Assembly: GCA_964016885.1 (NCBI GenBank)
Contig: OZ024748.1
Coordinates: 5,952,001 to 6,016,000 of the forward strand
Length of the DNA: 64,000 bases
Source: Eledone cirrhosa
Lineage: Eukaryota
Reading direction: 5' to 3'
The notes under the pieces were generated by a model that searched no databases, had not been told where the DNA came from, and saw nothing but the letters and a program-made list of their open reading frames with translations. Of this stretch, positions 1 through 13,080 are shown piece by piece. Position 1 is the stretch's first letter. Each line of letters opens with the position of its first letter. The position numbers and the translations under genes are program-made.

Positions 1-494
1 TCTTTTCTTCTATTTGTTGTTGTTGTCATTATTCTTGTTATTACTTTATTTGCTTCTGTCATTTTCTATCTCTTTTGCACTTGCTTCTCTCTTGTTTTTT
101 CTTTCCAACTTCCCCCTTTTACCATCCACCATTTTCTTATTTTCTTTCATACGTATTTGCTTTTCGTTCGTACATCTCCCTTATTTTAAACTTAGTTCAC
201 ATTCTGATATTTCAATATCTATGTTCAACTATGAGATCTTCACCATTCACATGGGGAAAAAATCTAGTGTACCAATATAGGTACGGGGCTGTAGGCAAAT
301 AACCTTTCTCTAAAATACATTTAGTAACGGTTCTTTACATTGTAAGTTCGAAATTCATCGATATCAACTTTCTTTTTCATTCATACGTGTGCCGATAAAC
401 TGAAATATCCAGCCAGTTACTCAGAAAGATTAAATCAATCACAGGCTTAATTACTTAATTAAAGAGTTTTGCATATGAACATGCAAACATAATT

Positions 495-680
495 GTTTCT
501 ACTTTTGGCACAAGGCCAGCAATTATCCCAGAGTATTACTGGTGCTTTGTTTTATCGACCCCGTAAGGATGAAAGGCAAAGTTAACCTCGGTGGGATTTG
601 AACTCAGACCGTAAAGCGGTGTAACTCTATGTCACAACTAATGGCGTCCGACCCTCTACCGATACTGAAAATTCAACGCA
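495..680 (-). mobile_element. tRNA-derived SINE, family 1 (central domain resembles the MetaSINE domain)
   Basis: The minus strand has B-box GAGTTCAAATC followed by GGTTAACTTTGCCTTTCATCCTTACGGGGTCGATAAAA and the 3' end GCTGGCCTTGTGCCAAAAGTAGAAAC. It aligns by eye to about 8 other copies in the window. The Meta-domain assignment is from memory. Confidence 0.85.
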
Positions 681-1522
681 AAATTAATAATAGTAAAAAA
701 ATCTGTTTCGTGCGTCGGTCTTCCCCCTAAAAATATATATCATTGCGTCTATATTAGAATTATATTTAATGAACAATTGTCTCCTCTGAAAGGGTGTGTC
801 TTCTTTGTCTAACTCCGCAATGTATTGAATGTAAAGTTGTCTCCCCTAAATATATATGTCATTTTGCTATGTTACTAATATCTTTGATAAACACTTATGT
901 GTGTACTAGTGTGTGTGTTTGGAGGTGTGCGTGTGTGTGGTAGGAAAAGAATGTGTGTATGTGTGCGTGTTGGTATAAGACACATCTTACAATTTACCAT
1001 AGAATATATTTTATACGTATTTCATACACATTTACCCTGCAGAATCTCCAGTTCTTTGGTCAGTAACTTTCTGTTGGTCTTTTATTTCAACTGGCAGCCA
1101 TCTTCTAATCTATCAGTGTCCTTGAAATATGAAAATCCATTGTCAAACAAAACAGTCTCACATCAACACTAGTTTAGATGAGAGTCTGCGAAAAACCAAT
1201 TCCAAATTAGTGCTAATTTTTAGCTCGACCAATTTCTTGGTCTCTGTAGACTAATCTTCGGCATTGTCCGAATATTTCTCTCCGTATAGTCAACATTAGT
1301 AATTCAGTTTTTGTGTGTGTACTTGCGCATATATATGTGTGTTTCTATATTTGCATGTGTATGTGGATATCTATATGGGTATACATATACATAATACAAA
1401 TCATTGTATATATGAATATTGAAATATAGAAATATAGAATATATATATATGAGTGTGTGTTTTTCTAGAAGAAAAAAAAACAATGATAGACTTGTATAAG
1501 GACACACGTATAAGGACACACG

Positions 1523-1576
<54 letters not shown>

Positions 1577-1592
1577 TATATAGATATATATG

Positions 1593-1645
<53 letters not shown>

Positions 1646-1819
1646 GTATATATATATGCGCACACGCACAGGCACACACACATTATATATATATATATAT
1701 AAATATATATACATATATATATACAATTATATATATATATATATTATATATGTATATATATATATAATATATGTATATATATATATATATGTGTGTATAT
1801 ATATATATATATTTATAGG

Positions 1820-1907
<88 letters not shown>

Positions 1908-2210
1908 CACACACACACCATTCATCGCTACTTTTGCTCTGGGTTACCGAACCATAATAGCGCCACTATTAACATATTGTGATCAGACGTGTCATCATTA
2001 CCTCCATCATCATCATCACCATCATCATCACCGTCATCGTAATAACCGTGATTATCATCATCCCAGTAATCGGAACTCTAATAAAAGAAGCAGTAGAGCG
2101 CATTTTTGTCCGTTTGGTTCTCCCTTAACATATTGTACTATATATATATACCAATCTTAGGTCTTATTTCTCAAGGGAGCTACTTTCATTATTAGAAAAG
2201 AATAATCCAA

Positions 2211-2280
<70 letters not shown>

Positions 2281-2438
2281 GTATATATATATATATATTT
2301 ATATACATACAGAGAGAGAGAGGGGGGAGAGAGAGAGAGAGAGAGAGGTAGGCAGCGAAACAGAGTCAGATAGACAAATAGGTGTAAATATACATACATA
2401 TATAAATATATATATATATATGTTTGTGTTTGTATGTT

Positions 2439-2488
<50 letters not shown>

Positions 2489-2516
2489 TGTATATATATG
2501 TATATATATATGTATA

Positions 2517-2585
<69 letters not shown>

Positions 2586-2646
2586 ATACATAGATAAATA
2601 GTTAGTCATATTGATAGGTGTACATATATACATGACTAAATATGTT

Positions 2647-2726
<80 letters not shown>

Positions 2727-3016
2727 GATATGCATAGGTATTAACACATGTATGCATACATATATATATATACATGTACATATAATCTCTGATGTTTTTA
2801 TCATCGTGTTGCAAATTGAGCTCCGATGTGGTTGCCACCAAACAAGACAATTACTGACTGGATTGTTTGATGTCTTAAATAGAAGGAGCAAGTTATCGTC
2901 AAAATGGCGGTAGGCTTAATGAGGAGCATCTCGTCAAGGGAAAAAACCATGGTTAATCATTGTAATCAGTGTAACATGCAATGTCTTACGCGGAACTTTA
3001 TTTTTGCGTGTATCGT

Positions 3017-3130
3017 TTAAGGGAGAATTGGGTGGCTGTTAACATCTGAGGGAGTTTATGCATGCCTCTGTATTTACCAGAGAACGAGAGAGAGAGGCGG
3101 ATTGAGAGAGAGATTGAGAGGTAGAGAGGT

Positions 3131-3217
<87 letters not shown>

Positions 3218-3475
3218 AGTGAGTCACAGAACCGTGGCAAAAGATAAAGACAAATTAAGGGAGTACCATCGGAGAGAGGTGATTTATGCATGCCTCTGTG
3301 TTAACCAGAGAGAATGAGAGAGAGGGTTGTAGTGAGAGAGAGAGATAGCGGGTGAGAGTGGGAGTGTAGGAATGTGGGAGAGAGAGAGAGGGTGAGAGAG
3401 AGAGATAGAGTGTGAGACACTGAACCGTAGAAACAGCGAAAGACAGATTAAGGGAGTAACATGGGAGAGAGGTGG
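3017..3475. repeat. Local tandem duplication (~200-240 bp unit containing (GA)n)
   Basis: TTTATGCATGCCTCTGT occurs at ~3055 and ~3283. GAACCGT...AAAGACA.ATTAAGGGAGTA.CAT.GGAGAGAGGTG occurs at ~3228 and ~3422. Confidence 0.75.
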
Positions 3476-3574
3476 TCCGAGTGAATAGTAAAGGTTAAAA
3501 AGAAAATTTGAATTTTCCCTTAGGACAAAAATTACTCTCCCTCATATACATACACGCATAATTGCATATATGTC

Positions 3575-3713
<139 letters not shown>

Positions 3714-4192
3714 ATAAATATATATACTTGTGCTTCCATGTATATATGCATAGGCCTGAGGACATGTGTGCGTATGTGTGTGTTTATGTGCGTGTGTGTA
3801 TGAGCGGTAGTGACTGTTATTTTTTTTATTCCTTGATTGTTCTTATTTCCTTACGCTGAAATACATCCCAGACGTGTCTATTTTACTCTCATCTTTATAA
3901 TACAATATGGACGTCTATCCTAATAATAAAGAGACCCGCAACGGTTACCAAACTGCAGAATATTTCACATATTCGTGTTTTAATTAACTTTAATAATTTG
4001 AAATGTCGAGACTGTCTGCCTTGTTTTGTTATCAAAATTGAGCATTGATCCATTTATTTTGACTTAAATTTCGAGTATGTCTTTGACGGTTAGGAGTTAG
4101 GAGTACTAAATACCGAAGTAAAGTTTTGATATTCATTTATCAAAGCTAAAACATCAGACATCTTGCCTGATGTATGTCTCTATATATATATA

Positions 4193-4381
4193 AGTTTATC
4201 ACGGGTTCAATCTGGAGTAACCACAGTAAGTAAGGTACACAATACAAAGCAGAGTATAGATATTTAATATAGAAAAGGCTTCTATAAGACTAGAACTGTT
4301 TCATTCGGGAGAAATCTTCGGGAAGCCCTGATGATTTCTCCCGAATGAAACAGTTCTAGTCCCGTAGAAGCCTTTCTATAT

Positions 4382-4388
<7 letters not shown>
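4193..4388 (-). mobile_element. Penelope-like pLTR fold-back element, family A, in (TA)n
   Basis: A ~65-nt unique tail is followed by inverted arms ~4260-4317 and ~4333-4388. Homologous to 35505-35785. Contains CTGATGA (4328-4334) and GAAAC (4347-4351), but the helix I 5' strand is lost at the fold-back centre. Confidence 0.75.
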
Positions 4389-4418
<30 letters not shown>

Positions 4419-4639
4419 ATATATGTGTGAGTGTGTGTGTGTGTGTGTGTATTTCTATATTGGTATTAACTTATTAACTTATTATCTTGGTATAAACACA
4501 GGTGAAACAATGTAACGCCATGATGGATCATTTGCATTTGAAAAACCTTTCCCTGGAGACAATCCGCTACATCAAAAACGAATTATATTAGTTTACTTAC
4601 ATATATTATTATACACACACAAATGTATATATAAAAATA

Positions 4640-4896
4640 AATATATATATGCATCTATGCATTTATGTATGTATGTATGTAAGTATGCATTTACGTATAT
4701 ATGTCGTCCGTCTATATGTATATATGTATGTAAGTATGTATATATGTAAGTATGCATGTATGCATATATGTTCATCTGTATGTATGTATATATGTATATA
4801 TGTAAGTTTGTATATATGTATATATGTAAGTATGTATATATGTAAGTATGCATGTATGTAAGTATGCATGGATGTATATATGTCCATCTGTGTGTT

Positions 4897-4928
<32 letters not shown>

Positions 4929-5130
4929 AGTATGTATATATGTAATTATGCATGTATACATATATGTCCATATGTATGTATGTATATATGAAAGTTTGTA
5001 TATATGTAAGTATTCATATATGTATATATGTCCATCTGTATGTATATATATTTAAGTATATATATATATGTAAATATGCATGTACGTATATATGTCCAAC
5101 TGTATGTATATATGTATGTATATATATATA
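4640..5130. repeat. Degenerate TATG/TAAG-based minisatellite
   Basis: Recurrent units such as TATATGTAAGTATGCATGTATG and TATATGTCCATCTGTATGTATG; similar units at 6340-6440. Confidence 0.8.
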
Positions 5131-5404
5131 TATAAACGGAATAAATGAAACGAAATTTCATTTCTCACGCTTCGTACGGCTGTTACTTAAATATAAGTAT
5201 GTATACGTACATACATACATGTATACAGACGTACAGTAGTATGTATATATATATATACATACATGCACACATATATATATATGTATGTATGGATTGACCG
5301 AACATTTATTATAATGCTCGGTGTGTTTGTAAACAAACATCCCGAATTAAGCCGTACAGTGTCTAGCAACCATCGTTGCTCATTTGTTCAACACTGACAA
5401 AGGA

Positions 5405-5447
5405 ACGATGTACTAGTTTCAAGCTTAATAGCTATCGTCAGCAAAGT
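5405..5447 (-). ncRNA. Type I hammerhead ribozyme motif (mirror copy, weak helix I)
   Basis: Minus strand: ACTTTG CTGACGA T AGCT ATTA AGCT T GAAAC TA GTA CATCGT. Confidence 0.55.
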
Positions 5448-5685
5448 ATACCTTCCTTCCAGATGATTGAACGTCCGAAAGTATATACTTTACTTATGCA
5501 TATTAAGGGCTGAGCAGCCTAATTTGCATATCGAGTGAGTTAATCGGCCGGGTGTGTTAATCACTAAGAGTGAGAATTGAAATTTCGTTTCATTTTTTTC
5601 CGTTTATCGTTTTCGCTGCTCAGCCGTTAATATACATAAGGAAAGTATATACTTTCAGACGTTCAATCATCTGGCAGGAAGGTAT

Positions 5686-5728
5686 ACGTTGCTGACGATA
5701 GCTATTAAGCTTGAAACTAGTACATCGT
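5686..5728 (+). ncRNA. Type I minimal hammerhead ribozyme motif
   Basis: ACGTTG CTGACGA T AGCT ATTA AGCT T GAAAC TA GTA CATCGT. Helix I pairs 5 of 6, helix II has 4 bp, helix III is the palindrome ACTAGT, and the cleavage triplet is GUA. Confidence 0.7.
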
Positions 5729-5937
5729 TCCTTTGTCAGTGTTGAACAAATGAGCAACGATGGTTGCTAGACACTGTACGGCTTAATTCGGGATGTTTGT
5801 TTACAAACACACCGAGCATTATAATAAATGTTCGGTGAATCCATACGTACATATATATATGTGTGCATGTATGTATATATATATATATATATACATACTA
5901 CTGTACGTCTGTATACATATATGTATGTACGTATACA

Positions 5938-5987
<50 letters not shown>

Positions 5988-5989
<2 letters not shown>

Positions 5990-6272
5990 AAGATCGGAAT
6001 TAAGAATATTCCGCAGTTCACTGTAATAATAATAATAGTATTAGCTCAAAGAAGAATAGAGAATTTTCTTCTGAGCTCAGATGCAAATATATTACACAAA
6101 GAGAAGTGTGTTACACTTTAATTTAAAACTCTAATTCAGAGATTTGATTCTGACTTAGATTTTTCTATTTAATTGCTAAACCTGTAGATATTGTTCTCTA
6201 TACAGTAACGGTAAAACTCACTTGTAAAAATTCTTTACACACATCTCACTATGTAACACACTTCTCTTTGTG

Positions 6273-6280
<8 letters not shown>
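5988..6280. mobile_element. Tail-plus-inverted-arm insert in (TA)n (no hammerhead seen)
   Basis: A ~29-bp inverted repeat, ATATATTACACAAAGAGAAGTGTGTTACA (6087-6115) and its complement (6252-6280), follows a ~100-nt unique segment. (TA)n on both sides. Confidence 0.5.
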
Positions 6281-6343
<63 letters not shown>

Positions 6344-6653
6344 TATGCATGCATATATCTAAGTATGCATGCATATATACATGTCCATCTGTATGTATGT
6401 ATATATGTAAGTATGCATATGTGTATATATGTATGTATATATGCACAGTGAGTGTTAAATGATGAGATGGTCTGGAGGCGAAATACCGATCACAATGAGA
6501 AACATATAGCAATGTGAGGTACTTTCAGCTGAATTCATGCACGCAACTCCTCTCTAATTTTGTTCTCATTATTTTGTGTCCACCGGGTGATTTACATTTG
6601 GGCTACAAAATATCATTTACCAGAATATATACAAATGCATGCATATAAATATG

Positions 6654-6726
<73 letters not shown>

Positions 6727-6803
6727 TTATCACTATATATATATATATAGTGAGTGGGAAATTTCGGCGTACTAGCACAAACTGAATTAGTCTAGTTCGA
6801 TAC

Positions 6804-6856
<53 letters not shown>

Positions 6857-6858
<2 letters not shown>

Positions 6859-6974
6859 AAAAGAGTCAGGACACCGACGGCTGAGCTCCGGCCATTTCGA
6901 CAGCTAGATACCCTAAATATTGAGTAATCTGGTGCATTATGGTCCACCTGGTATATTACCACACCCTCTTTGTT
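6857..6974 (+). mobile_element. Penelope-like short element, family B (diverged copy)
   Basis: Reverse-complement homolog of 31303-31427; (TA)n on both sides. Confidence 0.7.
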
Positions 6975-7015
6975 ATATATATATGCATACATACACAGAC
7001 ACAGACACGCACACA

Positions 7016-7122
<107 letters not shown>

Positions 7123-7857
7123 ATGTGTTCGCGTGTGTGTATCGTAGGATATATTTAGTGCTTTCAAATTTCACTCTCAAAATAATTCCGATTATAAGTA
7201 TAGAAAAAGTGTTCTCCAAGGCGATATACTGTGAGATATTTCTTATAACGAGGTTGCAAAACGAACTTTATCGAAGAAAACATGGGATAATCACATCTTG
7301 ATAATCACTGATGAAATATCTTGATCAGTGTTACATTTTTGTAAAAAAATGGATACTTATATTATCAAAATTATGAAATATATTAATGTGATACTCCAAA
7401 TTGTCTGAAACATTACATAAGTATCTTATTTCAAAAAATCTTGTCAGTAGTCGGCAATAAATTTACTCTACATCAGAAGGTATAGAAATACATATAGTCG
7501 TTTCTCTCTTAAATTATTTACAATATATCTAAAAAGGAGAAATTGATGTCCAAATATATTATGACTATTGTGATAAAGATAAATAACACTATGATTTAAA
7601 TCATTGTAAGACTCTTAGCAAAGCTTAGGCTCATATAATTATGGAACATTATCCTGTCAAAAGAAACAGAAAGAAAACTGCATATATAATTAATTCATGA
7701 AATACTTCCAATTCTGTACATATTAAATAACAGCTATTTGCAGACATTGTTAAATGCTTGTTTCAGCACACATACACACATACACACCCACACACACACA
7801 CATATATATATATAATAAAAAACAAAATACAGACAGGACTCGTTAATGGCTATATAC

Positions 7858-7890
<33 letters not shown>

Positions 7891-7893
<3 letters not shown>

Positions 7894-8087
7894 GTAGAAC
7901 ACTGGAAGGTAATATCCGTAGTGGTAGAGCACTCAGTCCATGGGACGAGTTAGATAGAAGTGGTTACGCAACAGTTAGTTCACAATACCGAGAAAAATTG
8001 TTCCGTATAACCAAGCCCATTACGCGGTGAGGATCCGCTAAGGTGAAACAATTCTTCTCGGTATGGTGAACTAACTGTTGTGTAACC

Positions 8088-8093
<6 letters not shown>
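7891..8093 (-). mobile_element. Tail-plus-fold-back element between (TA)n and (TC)n
   Basis: Inverted arms 7956-8002 and 8047-8093 follow a 65-nt unique segment containing AGCACTCA. A decayed hammerhead-like stretch TGAGGA...GAAAC...GTA lies at the centre and right arm. Confidence 0.6.
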
Positions 8094-8143
<50 letters not shown>

Positions 8144-8156
8144 CTCTCTCTCTCCT

Positions 8157-8221
<65 letters not shown>

Positions 8222-8574
8222 AAGTGTGTGTATTTATATAAATGTAGATAAACCCGTAGAGCAAATGTTTGAAATTAGCCCAGATTAAAAGGTTCCTCAA
8301 ATAATTTCTGTTTTCACCATAAAGCAGATCATCTGAAACTGAGTAATATCAATCTGTGGGTGCGAAGGTGAGGAAGTAGACAGTGGTGATATCAGTGAAA
8401 TTTTAGTGGATACTATAGATGGTAAATAACGGAGAGCTGAAGACAGAAACAATTATGAAATACTGAGCTATATATATATATAGCCAGACCGGAGGTACCA
8501 GGGCCTGTATCCAGATTATCAGTAAACACAAATGAAAATATTTGTTACACTTCCAGTATATAGTTGATTATAAT

Positions 8575-8758
8575 GTTTCTATTTTGGCACAAGGCCAGCA
8601 ATTATCCCAGTGCATTACTGGTACCTTATTTTATCGACCCCGTAAGAATGAAAGGCAAAGTTAACCTCGGCGAGATTTGAACTCAGATCATAAAGGGTCG
8701 TAACTCTATGCTGCAAAGCATGGCGTCCGACCCTCTACCGACACTGCTAATCCACCGC
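8575..8758 (-). mobile_element. tRNA-derived SINE family 1, full length with TSD
   Basis: Minus strand starts G(G)CGGTGGATTAGCAGTGTCGG (A-box-like) and has B-box GAGTTCAAATC. Flanked by the direct repeat CCAGTATATAGTTGAT (8553-8568 and 8759-8774). Confidence 0.92.
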
Positions 8759-10374
8759 CCAGTATATAGTTGATAATAATGTCTTCCTGGACAAGAACAA
8801 AAAAGGAAAATTAATTAATGATATCAGAGAGACGGAATCAATTCAGACCTGGCGGAGAACAGACGCTGCCCACCAGGTCTGAACACAGAAGAACCGAACT
8901 CACACTATCATCGCCTCCATCTCGCTTGCCCCCACCCTCACCTTCTTTCCTATACTGCCAAGACAAGGTTTAAGACAGTATCCTCATTAAGAATTACTGA
9001 CGTTCTATCACCGGTTCAGGTTGTTTTCTCAAGTCAAAATGGCGACGGCGTAGACAGCAGAAATGCTGATGTTGACTTTGTACTTAAGTTGATTTAATTA
9101 TCAGTTAAACGTTTTGAAGAAAGAAACATTAAATAAAAAACGCTGCATTTTATTCTGTTTTATTATTTTTCTAATTAATACACAATTTGAATATTGTTAA
9201 TCTTTTTTCATTTCTGGACTTAATTTCTTTAATTTTTTTTTGTTTTCTTCGTTTAATTTTGTTCGTCATTTCTTTAACATTTTGGAATGTATATAGTGAA
9301 AGTGTGTAGAGGATGTATCTGTTTTGAGAGAAAGAAAGAGAGACAGAGAAAGAAAGAAAGAGAGAGAGAGAGTGAGAGAGAGATCATGTCTATTTGTAGA
9401 GGCTATGTGTGTGTGTGTTTGTGAGTGTAAAATTATAATTCTTTAGTATATTGATATTTCTTAGAGGGTGGAGCATTTGTTTGGGTGTTTGTGTGTGTAT
9501 ACAAAAAATTAAATATGTGCATATTCGTCTGTGTATGAGTGTATGTATTTATGTATGTGTGTACGTACGTTTCTGTGAACCCATATTTATTCAATAAATC
9601 CATTATCAGTAATTAGTGGACTTTCAACCTTTTTGTTGATGAAAAGAAAAAAACTATTTTATTTTTTCGGCATTTCACTTTTTCATCTCCACCCTCTAAC
9701 TTCTTTCACCTGTCTAATACTGACTCACACACCACCTTTGTACATTATCATCATCGTCATCATCCATACATCTCCCCCTCCTCCTCTCCTCCTCCTCCTC
9801 CTCCTCCCCCTCCTCCTCCTCACACTTCCGACCACAATTATCACCATCATCATCATAATCATCATCATCATCATCATCATCATCATTCTATCCATTTTCT
9901 TCCTTCTTATTTTCATTACCATCATCACCCTGATCAGCATCCTCCACTTCTCCTCCTACTCTTTCTAATCATCATCATAATCATCATCATTATTATCATC
10001 ACTATTATCATCATCATCATCATCATCATCATCGGTGAGTGGGGTTGAATATGTCTATGATGGTAATAGTGAAATGTTGATGGTGGTTGTGGTGTCGGGT
10101 TGATATTGGTTGGGTGTGATGATGGTGGTGAAGGTGCTGCGTATGGCGACATTGATATTGGTGGGGTGTGACGAAGGTGGTGAAGGTGCTGATTATGGCG
10201 ATATTGGTGGTGGTGTTGTGTCTTAGACGACGATGAGAATAGAGGTGTGGGTGGATAACAAGAAGTTTCAACGACACTAAATGTTTCTTATAGTTTGATT
10301 AATGTTTAATTGTTCAGCTTAATGAATTGTTCTTTTATCATCAACCTCACTCCCCACCCAGGGTATTTAACACA

Positions 10375-10765
10375 CAACCACCACCGCCACCAACACCACA
10401 ACCACCACCAACACCACCACCATCACTACAACCACCACCTGCACCACCACCACCACCGCCGCCACCAACACCGCCACCAACACCACCACCACAACTACCA
10501 CCGCCATCAACACCACCACCACCACAACCACCACCAACACCACCACCATCACTACAACCACCACCACCACTACAACCACCGCCGCCATCAACACCACCAC
10601 CATCACTACAACCACCACCACCACCACTACAACCACAACCACCACCAACACCACCACCATCACTACAACCACCACCGCCACCACACTACCACCACCACCA
10701 ACACCACCACCACCACAACGACCACCGCCACAACCACCATCACAACCAACACCACCACCACCACC
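10375..10765. repeat. Compound (CAC/CAA)n trinucleotide repeat
   Basis: Degenerate CAC/CAA/CGC array giving spurious poly-His, poly-Pro and poly-Val ORFs. Confidence 0.9.
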
Positions 10766-11118
10766 CTCAACAATGGACCACCCACCTCTAGCAACGACAT
10801 GATTAACATAATTGACACAGTAGAAGCAACACATTCAAACATCTCTGACTACTATCAACATAGACACCACATCTACTGCGTCCAACACCAATTAGTTGCT
10901 AAACACTATCACTATCAACGTTATTACTCTTATAAAACTCCCAACACACCAAACAACTATCACTACTAACATCGAAACTATATCTACTATTTCCAACACT
11001 AATTAACTGAACACAATCACCATCAACTTCATCACCATTACCTAAACACAATCACCATCGCCATCATCAACATCGTCATCATCATAATCTCAACATCAGC
11101 ACCACCACCACCACCACC

Positions 11119-11152
<34 letters not shown>

Positions 11153-11454
11153 TCAATACATTATTATAGTTATTATTACAGTTGTTGTTTATATTCTTTG
11201 TTTTAGTTTTTATCATACGGATAATTAAACATGGTTTTTTTTGGGGGGGGGGGGGGTCTTAAAAGAAAAAAAAATAATGTATGGAGGAAGCAGAATATAA
11301 GATTTAGTGAATCTGGCGGACATTTAATACCACTTACAGAGTGTTGTTATGATTAGCATTGTTGATTAATTGTTGTAATAATGACAAGAACAACAACATC
11401 ACACTGGAACAATAGAAGTAACATCAGTAATAACAATATAGCACAGTATTGGTA

Positions 11455-11497
11455 AGAAGAAGGAGGAGAAGAAGAAGAAGAAGAAGAAGAAGAAGAA

Positions 11498-11544
<47 letters not shown>

Positions 11545-11558
11545 AGAAGAAGAAGAAG
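11455..11558. repeat. (GAA)n microsatellite; similar tracts at 29671-29829, 39141-39227 and 41616-41700
   Basis: Directly visible. Confidence 0.95.
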
Positions 11559-11644
11559 AGAATATTATGTGAATATTCCCAACCTACATATATATTTTTT
11601 TGTATCTGTGATCTTAAAGATACACACACACCCTTTCTCTCTCA

Positions 11645-12235
11645 CACACACATCCACACAACATACATTCACTCACACCATCACACACATACACACAACA
11701 TACATTCACTCACACCATCACACACATACACACAACACACATTTACTCACAGCATCTCACACATACACGCAGCACACATTCACTCACACCATCACACACA
11801 TACACACAACACAAATTCACTCACACCATCTCACACATACACACAACACACATTCACTCACACCATCACACACATACACGCAGCACACATTCACTCACAC
11901 CATCACACACATTCACTCACACCATCACACGCATTCACTCACACCATCACACACATTCACACAACACACATTCACTCACACCATCACACACATACACACA
12001 ACACACATTCACTCTACACCATCGTACGCATTCACACAACACACATTCACTCACACCATCATACACATTCACTCACACCATCACACACATTCACTCACAC
12101 CATCACACACATTCACTCACACCATCACACACATTCACTCACACCATCACACACATTCACTCACACCATCACACACATTCACTCACACAATCACACACAT
12201 ACACGCAACGCACATTCACTCACGAATCACACACG
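11645..12235. repeat. Minisatellite, core CATTCACTCACACCATCACACA
   Basis: A ~22-bp core alternates with a longer ~35-bp variant carrying CATACACACAACA. Confidence 0.9.
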
Positions 12236-12254
12236 TATTTTTAATTTTATTTTT

Positions 12255-12378
12255 TTCGTCAAATCGAACCGAGGAAACAATGTTTCCGTTGGTCTTTCCA
12301 ATTGCTAATACTACCTATCGTTCGCAACTCCAGGTAGAAGGAACAACATGAAATAAAGTGTCTTGCTCAAGGACATAA
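12255..12378 (-). mobile_element. tRNA-derived CORE-like SINE family 2, fragment
   Basis: TGAAATAAAGTGTCTTGCTCAAGGACA and TCTTTCCAATTGCTAATACTACCTATCG are shared with 54432-54600 and 18232-18338. Confidence 0.75.
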
Positions 12379-12742
12379 GTGTATATACATACATATATAG
12401 GCATGCATGTGCATATATATGTATTAGAATTATAAAATGCTTGTCAAAGTCTGTTTTGAAGCCATTTAGAAAGTTCTGTCTATTGTCAGACATCAGTCAC
12501 CACCACAGCGTTTGATTTACTAAAAAGTGAGAATTGTATCGGAAACAAAGGATATAACATTTACTTCCGGTTATGCTTTGCATTCTGGGAAAATATGTAA
12601 CCTTATATTTTTAATCATAAAATATAATTAATGGGAGATTATTTGTGAATAAATTATGAGGGTAGTGCCTTCGAAAATGAACCTGTTGACATGTATGTTT
12701 TAAATATTAAAATTTAATTCAAGAAATTTAAGAATCAATGAA

Positions 12743-12775
<33 letters not shown>

Positions 12776-12848
12776 TTAAAAGTTAAACAAGTTTCAATGA
12801 ATAAATCAATATATATATGTATACATATATACACACACACACACATGC

Positions 12849-12921
<73 letters not shown>

Positions 12922-12967
12922 ATAAAGAGAAATTTGGTGGATGGAAATTGTGCAGAACCAGATCGTA

Positions 12968-13080
<113 letters not shown>

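Larger units (their letters stand above)
5134..5940. mobile_element. Long fold-back element, family D (~320-bp arms) with hammerheads
   Basis: Arms ~5199-5518 and ~5615-5938 are near-perfect reverse complements; mirror ORFs [18 protein letters not shown] appear on both strands. Bounded by (TA)n on both sides. Confidence 0.8.

Noticed and set aside
5458-5492. CAGATGA...GAAAGTATATACTTT as a second hammerhead in family D
   Set aside because: The core is CAGAUGA in both arms and there is no helix I partner.
7303-7392. CTGATGA with a downstream GAAA
   Set aside because: No UH site next to a helix I complement; the local CACTGAT/ATCAGTG hairpin sequesters the core.
8433-8460. CTGAAGA-CA-GAAAC
   Set aside because: No helix II or helix I; likely chance.
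10310-10969. His-rich or Pro-rich (extensin-like) ORFs
   Set aside because: Open in several frames and on both strands because of the CAC repeat; no exon context.
11645-12235. CRISPR-like regular repeats
   Set aside because: No unique spacers, eukaryotic context and no cas genes; it is a minisatellite.
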